DNA of 64,000 bases from an uncultured Gemmatimonadales bacterium (GTDB taxonomy: Bacteria; Gemmatimonadota; Gemmatimonadetes; Gemmatimonadales; Gemmatimonadaceae), in contig CAWKNZ010000010.1 of assembly GCA_963851265.1 (NCBI GenBank), forward strand, positions 96,001 through 160,000. The letters are read 5' to 3'. A program made the position numbers and the translations under genes. The notes under the pieces were generated by a model. It was given only the letters and a program-made list of their open reading frames with translations, had not been told where the DNA came from and did no database searches. Position 1 is the first letter of the stretch; each line of letters opens with the position of its first letter. Below are positions 1 to 10,911 of the stretch, in pieces.

Positions 1-518
1 CGCAGCGTGCCGGGCAGCCCGTGCACGGCCTCGGGCGTGACGACGGGGCGGCCCGGCGGCAGCGCGATCGCGCGCCCGGCGGCGAGCGCCTCGAGCGACG
101 TCTTGCCGCACACGCCGCAGCTGGACGCCGTGTAGAAGTGGCGCTCGAGCCGGCGCACGTCGACCGGGACGCCGGCGCGCACCGTGATGCGCACGGTGTT
201 GCAGTCGCGCGCGCCGGGCGCGGTGGGCGGCTCCGACGCGGGCGCGCCGATTTCGTCCACTCCGGCAATTATACCCTCGGTGTAGAGGAAGCCGAGGGCG
301 AGCTCGACGTCGTGGCCGGGCGTGCGCATCGTCACCGAGACGCTCTCCGTCACGCGGCCGCCGTCGCGATCGAACGCGAGTTCGATGAGCAGCGGCTCCT
401 CGATGGCGACCTCGTCTGCGACGTCCGTCGCGTGCGCACCGTCGACGCGCCGGACCACGCCGTCGGCGAGTGGCGCGGGCACGTCGCGCGCGGGAGCCGT
501 CGACGTGCGTGCCGTCAT
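1..518 (-). CDS. fdhD: Formate dehydrogenase accessory sulfurtransferase FdhD (3' end beyond window start)
   Basis: Hand translation of the minus strand from ATG 518 gives MTARTSTAP...VAIEEPL...VTMRTPGHDVELALGFLYTEG...RLERHFYTASSCGVCGK, the FdhD signature motifs. Not in the ORF track because it is truncated. Confidence 0.92.
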   Translation of the reverse strand, partial: MTARTSTAPARDVPAPLADGVVRRVDGAHATDVADEVAIEEPLLIELAFDRDGGRVTESVSVTMRTPGHDVELALGFLYTEGIIAGVDEIGAPASEPPTAPGARDCNTVRITVRAGVPVDVRRLERHFYTASSCGVCGKTSLEALAAGRAIALPPGRPVVTPEAVHGLPGTL

Positions 519-712
519 GCGGGATGAGCCATGGAGGATGAATCGCGGGCGCGCGGGAACGTGCCAACGTCGTTCAGCGCTGATGCAACGCGCGCGCGAA
601 ATGGTGGACCTGGTGCGGTACGTGGTACAGTTTGCACGCACCGCTTGGACGCACTGCGCCCCGGCGCGCGTAGCAGCGCCGATACATCTTCATCATATCT
701 TATCTGTCCGGC

Positions 713-2173
713 ATGTCGTCCGCACTGGCGTTTCTCGACCGCGACCGCACGATCGCGCCGCCCGGTTACAACCGCTGGCTCGTGCCGCCCGCGGCGCTCG
801 CGATCCACCTGTCGATCGGGCAGGCGTACGCGTTCTCGGTCTTCAACCTCCCGCTCTCCAAGCAACTCGGCGTCACCACGTCGGCGCCCGGCGACTGGTC
901 GCTCAGCACCATCGGCTGGGTGTTCTCCGCGGCGATCGTGATGCTCGGGCTCTCGGCCGCACTGTTCGGGGCGTGGCTCGAGCGCGCCGGCCCGCGCAAG
1001 GCGATGTTCGCGTCCGCGTGCTGCTTCGCGGCCGGCTTCTTCGTCGGCTCGTTCGGCGTGTCGACGCACCAGTTCTGGCTGCTGCTCCTCGGGTACGGCG
1101 TGATCGGCGGGACCGGGCTCGGCCTGGGTTACATCTCGCCGGTGAGCACGCTCATCAAGTGGTTCCCCGACCGGCCCGGTATGGCGACTGGCCTGGCGAT
1201 CATGGGGTTCGGCGGCGGCGCGATGATCGCGTCGCCCCTCTCGGTCGCGCTGATGGACCATTTCAAGTCGGCGACCTCGACCGGCGTCGCGCCGACGTTC
1301 GTGACGTTGGGCGTGATCTACCTCGTGTTCATGATGTTCGGCGTGTTCACGGTCCGCGTGCCCGCCGTGGGGTGGACCCCCGCCGCCGCGGTCCGCGGCG
1401 TGCCCGAGACGTCGGGGTCGACGTCGACGATGACCGCCGCGTGGGCCGCCGCTCGCCCCGCCGCATCCCGCCCCACGGTGCCCGACGTGGCCGTGTCGGA
1501 CGCGGTGCGCACGCCGCAGTTCTGGCTGCTCTGGGCGATGCTCCTGGTCAACGTGACCGCCGGCATCGCCGTGCTGAGCCAGGCGTCGCCGATGATCCAG
1601 GAGATGTTCCCCGGGCGGATCGGCGCCCAAGCCGCCGCGGCGTTCGTCGGGCTGTTGAGCCTCGCGAACCTCGTCGGGCGCTTCTTCTGGGCGTCGTTCT
1701 CCGACCGGATCGGGCGCCGCGCGACGTTCGCGACCTTCTTCACGCTCGGCGCCGTGCTCTACGCGCTCGTCCCGACGCTCGGGCGCTCGGGCGTCGTCGC
1801 CCTGTTCGTCGGAGCGTGCGTGGTGATCCTGTCGATGTACGGCGGCGGCTTCGCGACGATCCCGGCCTACTTGCGCGACCTGTTCGGCACGGGCCAGGTC
1901 GGCGCCATTCACGGCCGCCTCCTCACGGCGTGGTCCACCGCCGGCGTGCTCGGGCCGGTGCTCGTCAACTACGTACGCGACTACCGCATCGCGCACGGCG
2001 TTCCCAAGGCGGAGGCGTACAGCACGACGATGTACGTGATGACCGCGCTGCTGCTCGTCGGACTCGTCGCGAGCACGCGGGTGCGCGCGCTGAGCGCGGC
2101 GCGGCTGGGCGCCGTCGGGGGCGGTCGGGTGAACGCGCCCGTCGTGCCGCGGGCCGTGGAGCGCGCGTCGTGA
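713..2173 (+). CDS. OFA-family (oxalate/formate antiporter-like) MFS transporter
   Basis: 486 aa, about 12 hydrophobic helices; YNRWLVPPAALAIHLSIGQAYAFSVF, KWFPDRPGMATGLAIMGFGGG, YGGGFATIPAYLRDLFG. Confidence 0.88.
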   Translation: MSSALAFLDRDRTIAPPGYNRWLVPPAALAIHLSIGQAYAFSVFNLPLSKQLGVTTSAPGDWSLSTIGWVFSAAIVMLGLSAALFGAWLERAGPRKAMFASACCFAAGFFVGSFGVSTHQFWLLLLGYGVIGGTGLGLGYISPVSTLIKWFPDRPGMATGLAIMGFGGGAMIASPLSVALMDHFKSATSTGVAPTFVTLGVIYLVFMMFGVFTVRVPAVGWTPAAAVRGVPETSGSTSTMTAAWAAARPAASRPTVPDVAVSDAVRTPQFWLLWAMLLVNVTAGIAVLSQASPMIQEMFPGRIGAQAAAAFVGLLSLANLVGRFFWASFSDRIGRRATFATFFTLGAVLYALVPTLGRSGVVALFVGACVVILSMYGGGFATIPAYLRDLFGTGQVGAIHGRLLTAWSTAGVLGPVLVNYVRDYRIAHGVPKAEAYSTTMYVMTALLLVGLVASTRVRALSAARLGAVGGGRVNAPVVPRAVERAS

Positions 2174-2331
2174 GCGGGCCGCGGTTGGACGGCACGGGCA
2201 CGGCGGCGCGCGGCGCCGCGCCGCCGACCTCGCCGGTCGCGCTCGTGATCATCTCGTGGGCCATCGTCGGCGTCCCGGCGCTATGGGGCGTCGCGCAGAC
2301 GGTCATCAAATCGCTTGCCCTGTTTCGCTGA
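2170..2331 (+). CDS. Small single-TM protein coupled to the OFA transporter (MFS small-subunit-like)
   Basis: GTG overlaps the MFS stop (GTGA); ends ...VIISWAIVGVPALWGVAQTVIKSLALFR. Confidence 0.65.
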   Translation: MSGPRLDGTGTAARGAAPPTSPVALVIISWAIVGVPALWGVAQTVIKSLALFR

Positions 2332-2965
2332 CCGGGCCGCCGCTGACGATGCGGCCCCGGGCCGCGACCCGACGACCGTTACCGGCGTGATCCTCGCGGG
2401 CGGCAGGGCGACGCGGTTCGGCGGAGCGGCGAAGGGGCTCGAGCGGATCGGCAGCGTCCGCATCATCGACCGCGTCGCGGCGGCGCTGGACGGGGTGTGC
2501 GACCGCCTGCTGCTCGTAGCCAACGCGCCGGACGCCGGCACGTGGCTTCCCGGCGCGCGCGTCGCGCCCGACGTGCTGCCCGGGTTCGGCAGCCTCGGCG
2601 GGCTGCATGCCGCGCTCGCGCACGCGGGCACCGCCGTCGTCGTCGTCGCGTGGGACATGCCGTTCGTCCCCGCTGGGCTGCTCGCCGCGCTCCGGACCGA
2701 GGGCGATCTCGGCGCGACGGCCGTGATCCCGGATGCTGGGAGTGGGCCAGAGCCGCTCTGCGCGTACTACGCGCGCGATTGTTGCCCCGTGGCCGAGCGC
2801 CTGCTCCGCGCCGGCGAACGTCGGGCGCGCGCGCTCGGCGACGCGGTCGGCGCGCGTCGATTCGACGCCGGACAGGTCGCTCGGTTCGGCGACCCGCATA
2901 CCCTCTTCCGCAACGTGAACACGCCCCACGACCTCGACGCCGCGCGCGCACACGTCGCCGCGTGA
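2315..2965 (+). CDS. mobA: Molybdenum cofactor guanylyltransferase
   Basis: GVILAGGRATRFGG-K, GSLGGLHAAL, WDMPF, EPLCAYY, FRNVNTPHDL; start codon uncertain. Confidence 0.9.
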   Translation: MPCFADRAAADDAAPGRDPTTVTGVILAGGRATRFGGAAKGLERIGSVRIIDRVAAALDGVCDRLLLVANAPDAGTWLPGARVAPDVLPGFGSLGGLHAALAHAGTAVVVVAWDMPFVPAGLLAALRTEGDLGATAVIPDAGSGPEPLCAYYARDCCPVAERLLRAGERRARALGDAVGARRFDAGQVARFGDPHTLFRNVNTPHDLDAARAHVAA

Positions 2966-3519
2966 GCGTACCACCGCTGGTCGCCGTCGTCGGTCGCAAG
3001 CACAGCGGCAAGACCACACTCGTCGTGCGCCTCGTCGCGGCGTTGGTCGCGCGCGGACATCGCGTGATGACCATCAAGCACGGCCACCACACGTTCAACC
3101 TCGACCCGTCCACCACGGACACGTACCGCCACTACCACGAGGGCGGGGCCGAGCGCGTCGCGATGGCCGCGCCCGACAAGTTCGCGCTCGTGGTCCGGTG
3201 GGGCGACGAGCGCGGCGGACCCGAACTCGGGCCCGAGGCGATCGCGGAGCGCTACCTGAGCGACGCCGACGTCGTGGTCTGCGAGGGGTTCAAGAATTCG
3301 GCGCTGCCCATGATCGAGGTATTCCGCGAGGCCGCACACCGCGCCCCGATCTACGAGCCCGGCGGCCCGACGGCGCCGCAGTACCTCGCCGTGGTGACGG
3401 ACGTGCCTAACGGCGGGACCGACGCGCGGCTCGCCGGCGTGCGCGTGCTGTCGTTCGACGACCCGGGACACCTCGACGCGCTCGCGGCGATCGTCGAGGG
3501 CTCGGTCATGCGCCGCTGA
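2962..3519 (+). CDS. mobB: Molybdopterin-guanine dinucleotide biosynthesis protein B
   Basis: GTG overlapping the mobA stop; P-loop VVGRKHSGKTTL, TIKHGHH, DTYRH, VVCEGFK. Confidence 0.9.
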   Translation: MSVPPLVAVVGRKHSGKTTLVVRLVAALVARGHRVMTIKHGHHTFNLDPSTTDTYRHYHEGGAERVAMAAPDKFALVVRWGDERGGPELGPEAIAERYLSDADVVVCEGFKNSALPMIEVFREAAHRAPIYEPGGPTAPQYLAVVTDVPNGGTDARLAGVRVLSFDDPGHLDALAAIVEGSVMRR

Positions 3520-3537
3520 CGCGCGGCGCGCCCCGTC

Positions 3538-4857
3538 GTGTCGGGCCCCTGGCGTGGCGCCCCGCCCCGCGACCGCGAGCGGCTAACGGCTGGGGAGGCG
3601 GGCGCGCGGATCCTCGACGCGGTGCAGCCGCTCGCGGCCGAGGGCGTCGCGCTCGACGATGCGTTCGGCCGGGTGCTCGCCGAGCCCGTGTCGTCTCCGC
3701 TCACCATCCCGCCGTGGGATGCGAGCGCGATGGACGGCTACGCCGTGCGCGCGGTGGACGTTCGTGGCGCCGCGCCCGCGGAGCCGGTGTACCTCGCCGT
3801 CGACGGTACGGTGGCCGCCGGGCACGAGGACGCGCGTCCGCTCGCCCCGGGGACCGCGCGTCGCATCATGACCGGCGCGCCGCTCCCGCCCGGGGCTGAT
3901 GCGGTCGTGCGCGTGGAGGACACGGACGGCGGGGGCGGACGGGTGGCCGTATGGCGAGAGGCGTCGCCGGCGCGCGACGTCCGCCGCCGCGGCGAGGACG
4001 TGCGCACGGGCGACGTCGTGCTCGACGGCGGCGCGTCGCTCGGACCCGCGCAGATCGGGCTGCTCGCCGCTTGCGCCGCCGCGACGGTTCACGTGCACCG
4101 CCGCCCGCGCGTGGGCATCCTCGGATCGGGCGACGAACTCGTCCCGCTGGCTCGCGCGTCCGAGGCCGTGACCCGGGGACGCATCGTGGGCTCCAACAAT
4201 CACGCACTCGCCGCCGCGGTCCGCGAGGCAGGCGGCATCCCGGTGGACCTGGGCATCGCGGCCGATACCGTGGATGCGGTACGCGAGCGCATGGCAGCGG
4301 GCGCCGGCTGTGACCTGATCGTCACCACCGCCGGCGTCTCGGCCGGCGAGTTCGACTGCATGCACGACGCGGTCGCCGGGATGGGCGGCCGCGCCGCGCG
4401 GTGGGCGGTGCGCATGCGCCCGGGCGCGCCGATGGGGTTCGGCCGCGTGGGCGCGGCGCCCGGCGTGACGTGGCTCGGCCTGTCCGGCAACCCCGGCGCC
4501 GCGCTCGTCGCCTTCGAGCTGTTCGCACGACCCGCGATCCGGCGCCTCGGCGGACACCGGGCGCCCTTTCGCCGGGTCGTGCCGGTGGTACTCGGTGAGC
4601 CCCTCGTGCTCGCCGCGTCGGTGCTGCACCTGCTCCGCGTCGAGCTACACGAGGGCGACCGCGACGCCCCGGACGACCGTCACGTCCCGCGCGCGCGGCT
4701 CGCGGGCGCACAGGGGGCCGGGCGGCTCACGACGGCGGCGCGCGCGGACGCCCTACTCATCGTGCCGGAGGCGCGCGCGCGGTACGAGGCGGGCGAGCGG
4801 CTCACGGCCATTCCGTTAGGCGACGCTCCGCCCAGCGCGACGCCGCCACCGCTCTGA
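3538..4857 (+). CDS. moeA: Molybdopterin molybdotransferase (MoeA/Glp)
   Basis: SAMDGYAV, IMTGAPLP, GDELV, TTAGVSAG, MRPG-P, GLSGNP. Confidence 0.9.
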   Translation: MSGPWRGAPPRDRERLTAGEAGARILDAVQPLAAEGVALDDAFGRVLAEPVSSPLTIPPWDASAMDGYAVRAVDVRGAAPAEPVYLAVDGTVAAGHEDARPLAPGTARRIMTGAPLPPGADAVVRVEDTDGGGGRVAVWREASPARDVRRRGEDVRTGDVVLDGGASLGPAQIGLLAACAAATVHVHRRPRVGILGSGDELVPLARASEAVTRGRIVGSNNHALAAAVREAGGIPVDLGIAADTVDAVRERMAAGAGCDLIVTTAGVSAGEFDCMHDAVAGMGGRAARWAVRMRPGAPMGFGRVGAAPGVTWLGLSGNPGAALVAFELFARPAIRRLGGHRAPFRRVVPVVLGEPLVLAASVLHLLRVELHEGDRDAPDDRHVPRARLAGAQGAGRLTTAARADALLIVPEARARYEAGERLTAIPLGDAPPSATPPPL

Positions 4858-4910
4858 TCGCCCGGGTGCCGGGGCGCGCGTGGCGCGCTTCCTGTACACC
4901 ACCGCCCGCC

Positions 4911-6254
4911 ATGACGCGCAGCTTCCTCGACGTCCTCGCGCACGCGCGCGCCGCGCCCGACGGTTGGGACGACTACGCCAAGCCGCGGACATCTCGCCGC
5001 GGAACGCCCGTCGCGGTGCCCGACGGCGATACCGGCCGGTTCCTGTTCGCGACGGGCGTCGAATGCTCGTACCCTAGAGCGATGGGGCGCGACGGGCGTG
5101 TCGTCCGACGCGACCAACTCGCGGAGTGCCACCATTACGATCGTTGGCGCGAGGATTTCGCGCTCGTCCGCGATCTCGGGCTGCGCGTGCTGCGTTATGG
5201 GCTGCCGTACTACCGAATCCACCTCGGGCCCGACTGCTACGACTGGAGCTTCGCCGACGAGGCGATGGCCGAACTTCGGCGCGTCGGCATCACGCCCATC
5301 CTCGACCTGTTGCACTTCGGCGTCCCCGACTGGCTCGGCGATCTCCAGAATCCGGAGCTGCCGCTGCACTTCGCGCGTTATGCCGACGCGGTCGCCGAAC
5401 GCTACCCGTGGGTGCGCTACTACACGCCTGTCAACGAGGCGTACGTGGCCGCGCGCGCGAGCGCGCGCGACGGCGTCTGGAACGAGCGTCTGAAGACCGA
5501 GCGCGGGTTCGTGACCGCGATCTGCCACCTCGCCGCCGCGGGCAAGCTCGCCGCGTCCGCGATCGCCCGACGCCGCCCGGACGCCGTCTTCGTCCAGAGC
5601 GAATCCACGGAGATCACGCACGACCTTCATGGCGTGCCGGACCCGGCGACCGACTTCGACAACGAGGTGCGCTTCCTCTCGCTCGACCTGCTCTACGCGC
5701 ACCAGCCGCGAGGCGACGTGGCGCTCTACCTGCTCGACAACGGCCTCACCCGCGACGCCTACACGTGGTTCATGCGCGGCGAGCCGCCCGGATATCACGT
5801 GATGGGCAACGACTACTACGGGCGTAACGAGTGGTTGCTGCTCCCCGACGGCTCGCGACAGCGGGCGGAGGACATCGCGGGCTGGTACGGCGTGAGCAAG
5901 CTCTACCAGAAGCGGTACCGCAAGCCGATGATGCACACCGAGACCAACGTCTTCGACGCGGACGCGGCGCCGATGTGGCTCTGGAAGCAGTGGCTCAACG
6001 TGCTTCGCATCCGCGCCGACGGGTACCCCGTGGTCGGATTCACGTGGTACTCGCTCACCGATCAGGTGGACTGGGATACGTCGCTCGCCGAACAGAACGG
6101 TCGGGTGAACGCGTGCGGCCTCTACGACCTCGACCGAAAGCCGCGGCCCGTCGCCGCTGCTTACCGCACGCTGCTCGAGGAGTTCGGCCATCTTTCCACG
6201 CTCGGCGGAACGGACCTGTTTCAGCTGGCAGACGGCCCCGCGCGCGGCCGGTAG
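4911..6254 (+). CDS. Family 1 glycoside hydrolase (beta-glucosidase-like)
   Basis: [34 protein letters not shown] (acid/base), MHTETN (nucleophile), [13 protein letters not shown]. Confidence 0.82.
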   Translation: MTRSFLDVLAHARAAPDGWDDYAKPRTSRRGTPVAVPDGDTGRFLFATGVECSYPRAMGRDGRVVRRDQLAECHHYDRWREDFALVRDLGLRVLRYGLPYYRIHLGPDCYDWSFADEAMAELRRVGITPILDLLHFGVPDWLGDLQNPELPLHFARYADAVAERYPWVRYYTPVNEAYVAARASARDGVWNERLKTERGFVTAICHLAAAGKLAASAIARRRPDAVFVQSESTEITHDLHGVPDPATDFDNEVRFLSLDLLYAHQPRGDVALYLLDNGLTRDAYTWFMRGEPPGYHVMGNDYYGRNEWLLLPDGSRQRAEDIAGWYGVSKLYQKRYRKPMMHTETNVFDADAAPMWLWKQWLNVLRIRADGYPVVGFTWYSLTDQVDWDTSLAEQNGRVNACGLYDLDRKPRPVAAAYRTLLEEFGHLSTLGGTDLFQLADGPARGR

Positions 6255-6322
6255 GCGCGCGGACGCCGGACCATTCACCGCTCCATACGAGCCTGCCGCC
6301 CGGCGAGGGCTCCCACCGGTAT

Positions 6323-7828
6323 ATGATCGACCTCAAGACCTTCGAGGTATGGTTCGTCACGGGGAGCCAGCACCTGTACGGTCCCGAGACGCTGGAGCAG
6401 GTGGCGGAGCACTCCCGCACCGTCGCGCGCGCGTTGGACGAGAGCGCCGACATCCCCGTGCGCGTGGTCTTCAAGCCCGTCCTCACCACGCCCGACGAGA
6501 TCGCGCGCCTCGCGCTCGACGCGAACCGCGCGGATCGGTGCGTGGGACTCGTGACGTGGATGCACACGTTCTCGCCCGCGAAGATGTGGATCGCCGCGCT
6601 GCGCGCACTGCAGAAGCCGTTTCTGCACCTGCACACGCAGTTCAACCGCGACCTTCCGTGGCGCGAGATCGACATGGACTTCATGAACCTGAACCAGTCG
6701 GCGCACGGCGACCGCGAGTTCGGGTTCATCGGCAGCCGCATGCGCCTGGAGCGCAAGGTGGTCGTCGGGCACTGGGAGGAGCCGGGCGTGCGGGCGAGCG
6801 TCGGCGCGTGGGCGCGCGCGGCGTCCGCGTGGCACGACGCGCAGGGCGCGCGCTTCGTACGCTTCGGCGACAACATGCGCGAGGTCGCCGTGACCGAAGG
6901 CGACAAGGTCAACGCCCAGATGCGCCTCGGCTACAGCGTGAACGGCTATGGGGTCGGTGACCTCGTCCGGATCGTCGACGGTGTCGGCGACGCCGACGTC
7001 GACGCGATCGTCCGCGAGTACGACGAGCAGTACACGGTCGCGCCCGAGCTGCGCGCCGGCGGCGCGCGCCACCAGTCGCTCCGCGACGGCGCGCGCATCG
7101 AGATCGGGATCCGCCGCTTCCTGGAGGACGGCAACTTCAAGGGGTTCACGACGACGTTCGAAGACCTGCACGGCCTCGCGCAGCTCCCCGGGCTCGGGCC
7201 GCAGCGGCTGATGGCGGAGGGCTACGGTTTCGCCGGCGAGGGCGACTGGAAGACGGCCGCGCTCGTGCGCGCGATGAAGGTGATGGGCGCCGGCCTGACG
7301 GGGGGCACGTCGTTCATGGAGGATTACACGTACCACCTCAGCCCCGACGGCGCGAAGGTGTTGGGCTCGCACATGCTCGAGGTCTGCCCGTCGATCGCCG
7401 GGACGCGACCCGCGCTCGACGTTCACCCGCTCGGCATCGGCGGCAAGGCGGACCCGGTGCGCCTCGTGTTCGACGCCAAGACGGGGCCCGCGGTGAACGC
7501 GTCGGTGGTCGAGATGGGAGACCGGTACCGGATGGTCGTCAACTCGGTGAACGCGGTTCCGACCGACGCGCCGCTCCCGAAGCTGCCGGTCGCGCGCGCG
7601 TTCTGGACGCCGCAGCCCGACCTCAAGACCGGCGCGGCCGCGTGGATTTACGCCGGCGGCGCGCACCACACCGGTTTCAGCTTCGACCTCGCCGCGGAGC
7701 ACCTCTCGGACTTCGCGGAGATGGCCGGGATGGAGTGCCTGCTCATCGACCACGACACGACGGTGCCGAACTTCAAGAAGGAGCTGCGCTGGAACGACCT
7801 GTACTACCGGCTCGCGAAGGGGCTCTGA
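6323..7828 (+). CDS. araA: L-arabinose isomerase
   Basis: [69 protein letters not shown]. Confidence 0.97.
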   Translation: MIDLKTFEVWFVTGSQHLYGPETLEQVAEHSRTVARALDESADIPVRVVFKPVLTTPDEIARLALDANRADRCVGLVTWMHTFSPAKMWIAALRALQKPFLHLHTQFNRDLPWREIDMDFMNLNQSAHGDREFGFIGSRMRLERKVVVGHWEEPGVRASVGAWARAASAWHDAQGARFVRFGDNMREVAVTEGDKVNAQMRLGYSVNGYGVGDLVRIVDGVGDADVDAIVREYDEQYTVAPELRAGGARHQSLRDGARIEIGIRRFLEDGNFKGFTTTFEDLHGLAQLPGLGPQRLMAEGYGFAGEGDWKTAALVRAMKVMGAGLTGGTSFMEDYTYHLSPDGAKVLGSHMLEVCPSIAGTRPALDVHPLGIGGKADPVRLVFDAKTGPAVNASVVEMGDRYRMVVNSVNAVPTDAPLPKLPVARAFWTPQPDLKTGAAAWIYAGGAHHTGFSFDLAAEHLSDFAEMAGMECLLIDHDTTVPNFKKELRWNDLYYRLAKGL

Positions 7829-7880
7829 CCGGGGACGATTTCCGCGCCGAAACGGACCGGCCAGGTGCCTAACGACAAGA

Positions 7881-7904
7881 CGCCGGCCACGGTGGTGGCC
7901 GGCG
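7881..7904. terminator. Hairpin between convergent araA and ferritin-like gene (probable terminator)
   Basis: CGCCGGCCAC-GGTG-GTGGCCGGCG, 10-bp perfect stem; followed by TCTTGTCGTT on the minus strand. Confidence 0.65.
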
Positions 7905-7931
7905 CCTCGATCATGCCGCGACTGCGGGCCG

Positions 7932-8810
7932 TCAGGCCGCGATGAAGTTCCCGGCGATGGCCAACACCTGCGCCATCGTCAGCGGCTCGTCGAACGCTTC
8001 CGCGAACGCGGTGGGTGCGGGGGTGACCGGCGTGACCAACGTCGTCACATCGACGCCACCCTGGCTCACGTTGTCCTCGCCGGCGTACACGGCACCCGCA
8101 CCGGGCACGTCGGTCTGCGCGCCCGTGATCCAGCCCTTCCCGAACGGCCCCTGATTCTGGAAGCCGCCGCGGAGTCGACGGATCTCGCTGGCGTGCCGCG
8201 CCTCGACCGAGTGGATGCTCAGCGCGGTCGCGAGCACCGACTTGTACGGCATGACGGCCGGGGCCTGGCCCTTGTACGCGCGCACGCCCGTGTCCTCGAA
8301 GGCCTGCGCGACGGCCGTGAACGTCCCGTAGTTGCTGAAGACGTCGGCGTAGGGCCCGTTGCCGGATCCCTGGCCGCCGGTGAAGTCGAAGACCGGGCTC
8401 GGGCGCGCGGACGCGCCGAGCGCCTGCTTGAGCGCGGTGACGTGCTGCGACTCGTGCTGCGTGATCGTCGCGAAAATCTGCTGGTCGCCGGTCGGGATCA
8501 GCCCCGCCTTGTTGACGCCCATCGTGTAGAACGCCGACTCGAGGTACTCGAGCGTGAGCGCGAAGTTGAGCACCGAGATCACGACCGCGGGGAGGCGCGT
8601 CGACTGGCCGAACGCGTCGCGCGCGAGCGCGGCGAGCGCCACGGGCGCGGTCGCGAGCCCGATCCCCGCGGCGACGGCGGCCGAGGCACCGGCGCCGTGG
8701 AGGATCGCCGTCCGGCGATCGACGAGGCGCTCCGCGACCTCGGGGTCGGCCGACTCGAGGTGGTCGAGCAGCGAGAGCGGACGGCCCTGGTCCAGCATGT
8801 GTTCAGACAT
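7932..8810 (-). CDS. Ferritin-like domain protein (Ferritin_2 type)
   Basis: LNFALTLEYLESAFY, HESQH, AFEDTGVRAY, SVEARHAS di-metal motifs. Confidence 0.85.
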   Translation of the reverse strand: MSEHMLDQGRPLSLLDHLESADPEVAERLVDRRTAILHGAGASAAVAAGIGLATAPVALAALARDAFGQSTRLPAVVISVLNFALTLEYLESAFYTMGVNKAGLIPTGDQQIFATITQHESQHVTALKQALGASARPSPVFDFTGGQGSGNGPYADVFSNYGTFTAVAQAFEDTGVRAYKGQAPAVMPYKSVLATALSIHSVEARHASEIRRLRGGFQNQGPFGKGWITGAQTDVPGAGAVYAGEDNVSQGGVDVTTLVTPVTPAPTAFAEAFDEPLTMAQVLAIAGNFIAA

Positions 8811-8821
8811 GGAATCTCCGC

Positions 8822-9523
8822 TCAGGCGTTGATGACGGTGATCGTCTCGAGGACGTACTGCCCGGCCGCGTTGATCACGGTCTGGGGCGTGTTACCGGTG
8901 TCGAAGACGTTCGGGGCGAAGGACCCGCTCCTCGGCGAGATGAGGTCGTGGATCGCCGACGCGTGACGCGCCTCGACCGAGACGATCTTTCCGGCAAGCG
9001 TGAGGTACGTCGCGTCCTTGATGTAGCCGCCGGCGCCGTTGTACGCGCTCACGCCGAGGTCTTCGAAGGCCGCGGCCGTCTGCAGGACGCTCGTGCGGCT
9101 CGTGAAGTCGATGCTGCCGAACCTCGGCGTGAGGTTCGGGATCGCCCTGCCTCCGAGGGCCGCCGCGAAGAACGCGCGGTGGATCGCCTCGTGGTCGCGG
9201 AGATCGGTGAGTACCCGCTGCTCCGACGCGCTGAACGCCGTCGTGAACGCGCTGTTCGAGACGACCTGCGCGTAGAACGCCGCCTCGAGCTGTTCGAGGG
9301 CGAAGGCGTAATTCAGGACGCCGTAGTCGTTGCTGAAGTCGAGCGTGATGGCGGCGGTCACCGCGGCGCCGACGCTCGGGGTCGGGGCAGCGGCTTCCGT
9401 GGCGCGGGTCGGGTCCACGCCGCACGCGGCGAGCGCGATGGCCGCGCCGCCGAGTCCGGCGATCCGCATGAAGTCGCGGCGCTGGACGCGCGCCGCCTCG
9501 TTCGGTCGTTCGATGTCGTGCAT
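8822..9523 (-). CDS. Ferritin-like domain protein with Tat/lipoprotein signal
   Basis: RRDFMR...ALAAC signal; LNYAFALEQLEAAFY, HEAIH, FEDLGVSAYNG, SVEARHAS. Confidence 0.85.
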   Translation of the reverse strand: MHDIERPNEAARVQRRDFMRIAGLGGAAIALAACGVDPTRATEAAAPTPSVGAAVTAAITLDFSNDYGVLNYAFALEQLEAAFYAQVVSNSAFTTAFSASEQRVLTDLRDHEAIHRAFFAAALGGRAIPNLTPRFGSIDFTSRTSVLQTAAAFEDLGVSAYNGAGGYIKDATYLTLAGKIVSVEARHASAIHDLISPRSGSFAPNVFDTGNTPQTVINAAGQYVLETITVINA

Positions 9524-9667
9524 CGTCACTCCCTCAAGGAATCCGTTAGGCCACGTCTCATGTCGTGGCGGCGGCCCCGCCGGGCGGCGGGGCGCTGGGC
9601 GCGCGGCGCGAGCCCGGTGCGCGGGTGGTGCGGTACGGGTCCGGTCGCGGCGGCGGCGCGCGACGCG

Positions 9668-10351
9668 TCAGGCGCGCGGCGCGCGACGGCGACGCGCCGC
9701 CGCGCCGAGGCCGAGCAGGCCGCCGGCGACGAGGGCGATGGTCGCCGGCTCGGGTGTGGCGGTGACGGCGGTGACGGCGATGTTGTCGAACTGCACGATC
9801 GGCTCGCCGTACGAGTCGAGGGCCGTCAGGCGCACCGACGTCAGACCGGTGAAGCCGTTCAACATGAGCGTCTGCAGGCCCGACGAGGTTCCGAGGAAGT
9901 TGAACGTCTGCATCACCGTCCCGCCGGCGGCGAGCGAGCCGACGAGCGTGATCGCTTCGTTGGCTCCCAGGAACGAGGCGAAGTCGATCGACTGCATCGA
10001 GAACGCTCCGCCGCCGACGCGTCCGAAATCGACCTGCGTCGCGGTCGCGTCATTCAGGAAGAGCGCCGGGGACCCGGTCCAGAGCGTGGGATCCGCCGCG
10101 CCGCCGGTCGCGAAGCTGTACGGGGTGTTGCACGCGACGCCGACCGCCGTGACCTGGAAGCCGGACTCCTGGTAGCAGTTGTCGACGTACCGGACGCCCG
10201 AACCGTCCGTCACGGTCAACGAGTTGAAGTTCAGCGTCGTCGACTGGGCGCGGGCCGGGGCGGCGACCGCGCCCAGCGCGAGCGTGCCGAGCACGGTGCC
10301 GAACAGGGCCGACGCGACCGCGCGGCGGTGGGGGGCAAGCGTCCTGAACAT
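9668..10351 (-). CDS. PEP-CTERM sorting domain protein
   Basis: N-terminal signal (..PARA|Q); C-terminal TATPEPATIALVAGGLLGLGAAARRRR. Confidence 0.9.
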   Translation of the reverse strand: MFRTLAPHRRAVASALFGTVLGTLALGAVAAPARAQSTTLNFNSLTVTDGSGVRYVDNCYQESGFQVTAVGVACNTPYSFATGGAADPTLWTGSPALFLNDATATQVDFGRVGGGAFSMQSIDFASFLGANEAITLVGSLAAGGTVMQTFNFLGTSSGLQTLMLNGFTGLTSVRLTALDSYGEPIVQFDNIAVTAVTATPEPATIALVAGGLLGLGAAARRRRAPRA

Positions 10352-10652
10352 CCGCGACTTCCTCCGTAGGGAGTAATGGGACGGAACACCCGACGACACG
10401 GACGTGTCGGCCGCGGGAACACGCGACCCGGGTACACCGCCGAGAGAGCCCGCCGCGCGTGCCGCGGCGGAACACACGGGAATGCCTGGCGACCACCGTC
10501 CGCGCTTCGAAGCGGGCGCGGACGTCTGCAGCGCCGCGCGCAGGCGCGGCGTTATTGGCGTTCTGCATCTTTAACCGCGAAGTGCCCCCGCGCGCGGGCG
10601 CTCGGGCGATCGTGGCCCGTCCGTGACGACGCGGTCACCGTCGCCGCGCCTC

Positions 10653-10668
10653 TGCATCACACGTGCCC
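10653..10668 (-). promoter_or_regulatory. Possible sigma-54 -24/-12 element upstream of the PEP-CTERM gene
   Basis: Minus strand GGGCACGTGTGATGCA = GG-N10-GC with a GGCACG core; lies about 300 bp from the ATG, so tentative. Confidence 0.3.
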
Positions 10669-10911
10669 GCGCAGTATGCAGAGCTGAAATGATGCAGTTT
10701 TCTGACTGCGGCGGTCGAAGTTGCCGCCCACCCCCGGGCGAACCGCGTCCGCAGACGGTTCGCCGGCCCGGGCGGGGGAACGCGCGCCGCCAGCCCCCCG
10801 GTTCCGAACGACGCGGCCGGACCGCTCAGCCGCTTCTTTGTACGACCCTCGGGCGCGCGCCCGCCCCGCCCACGCCGCTTCCGGCACGGCAGTACTCGGC
10901 GGGGGCGCGCG

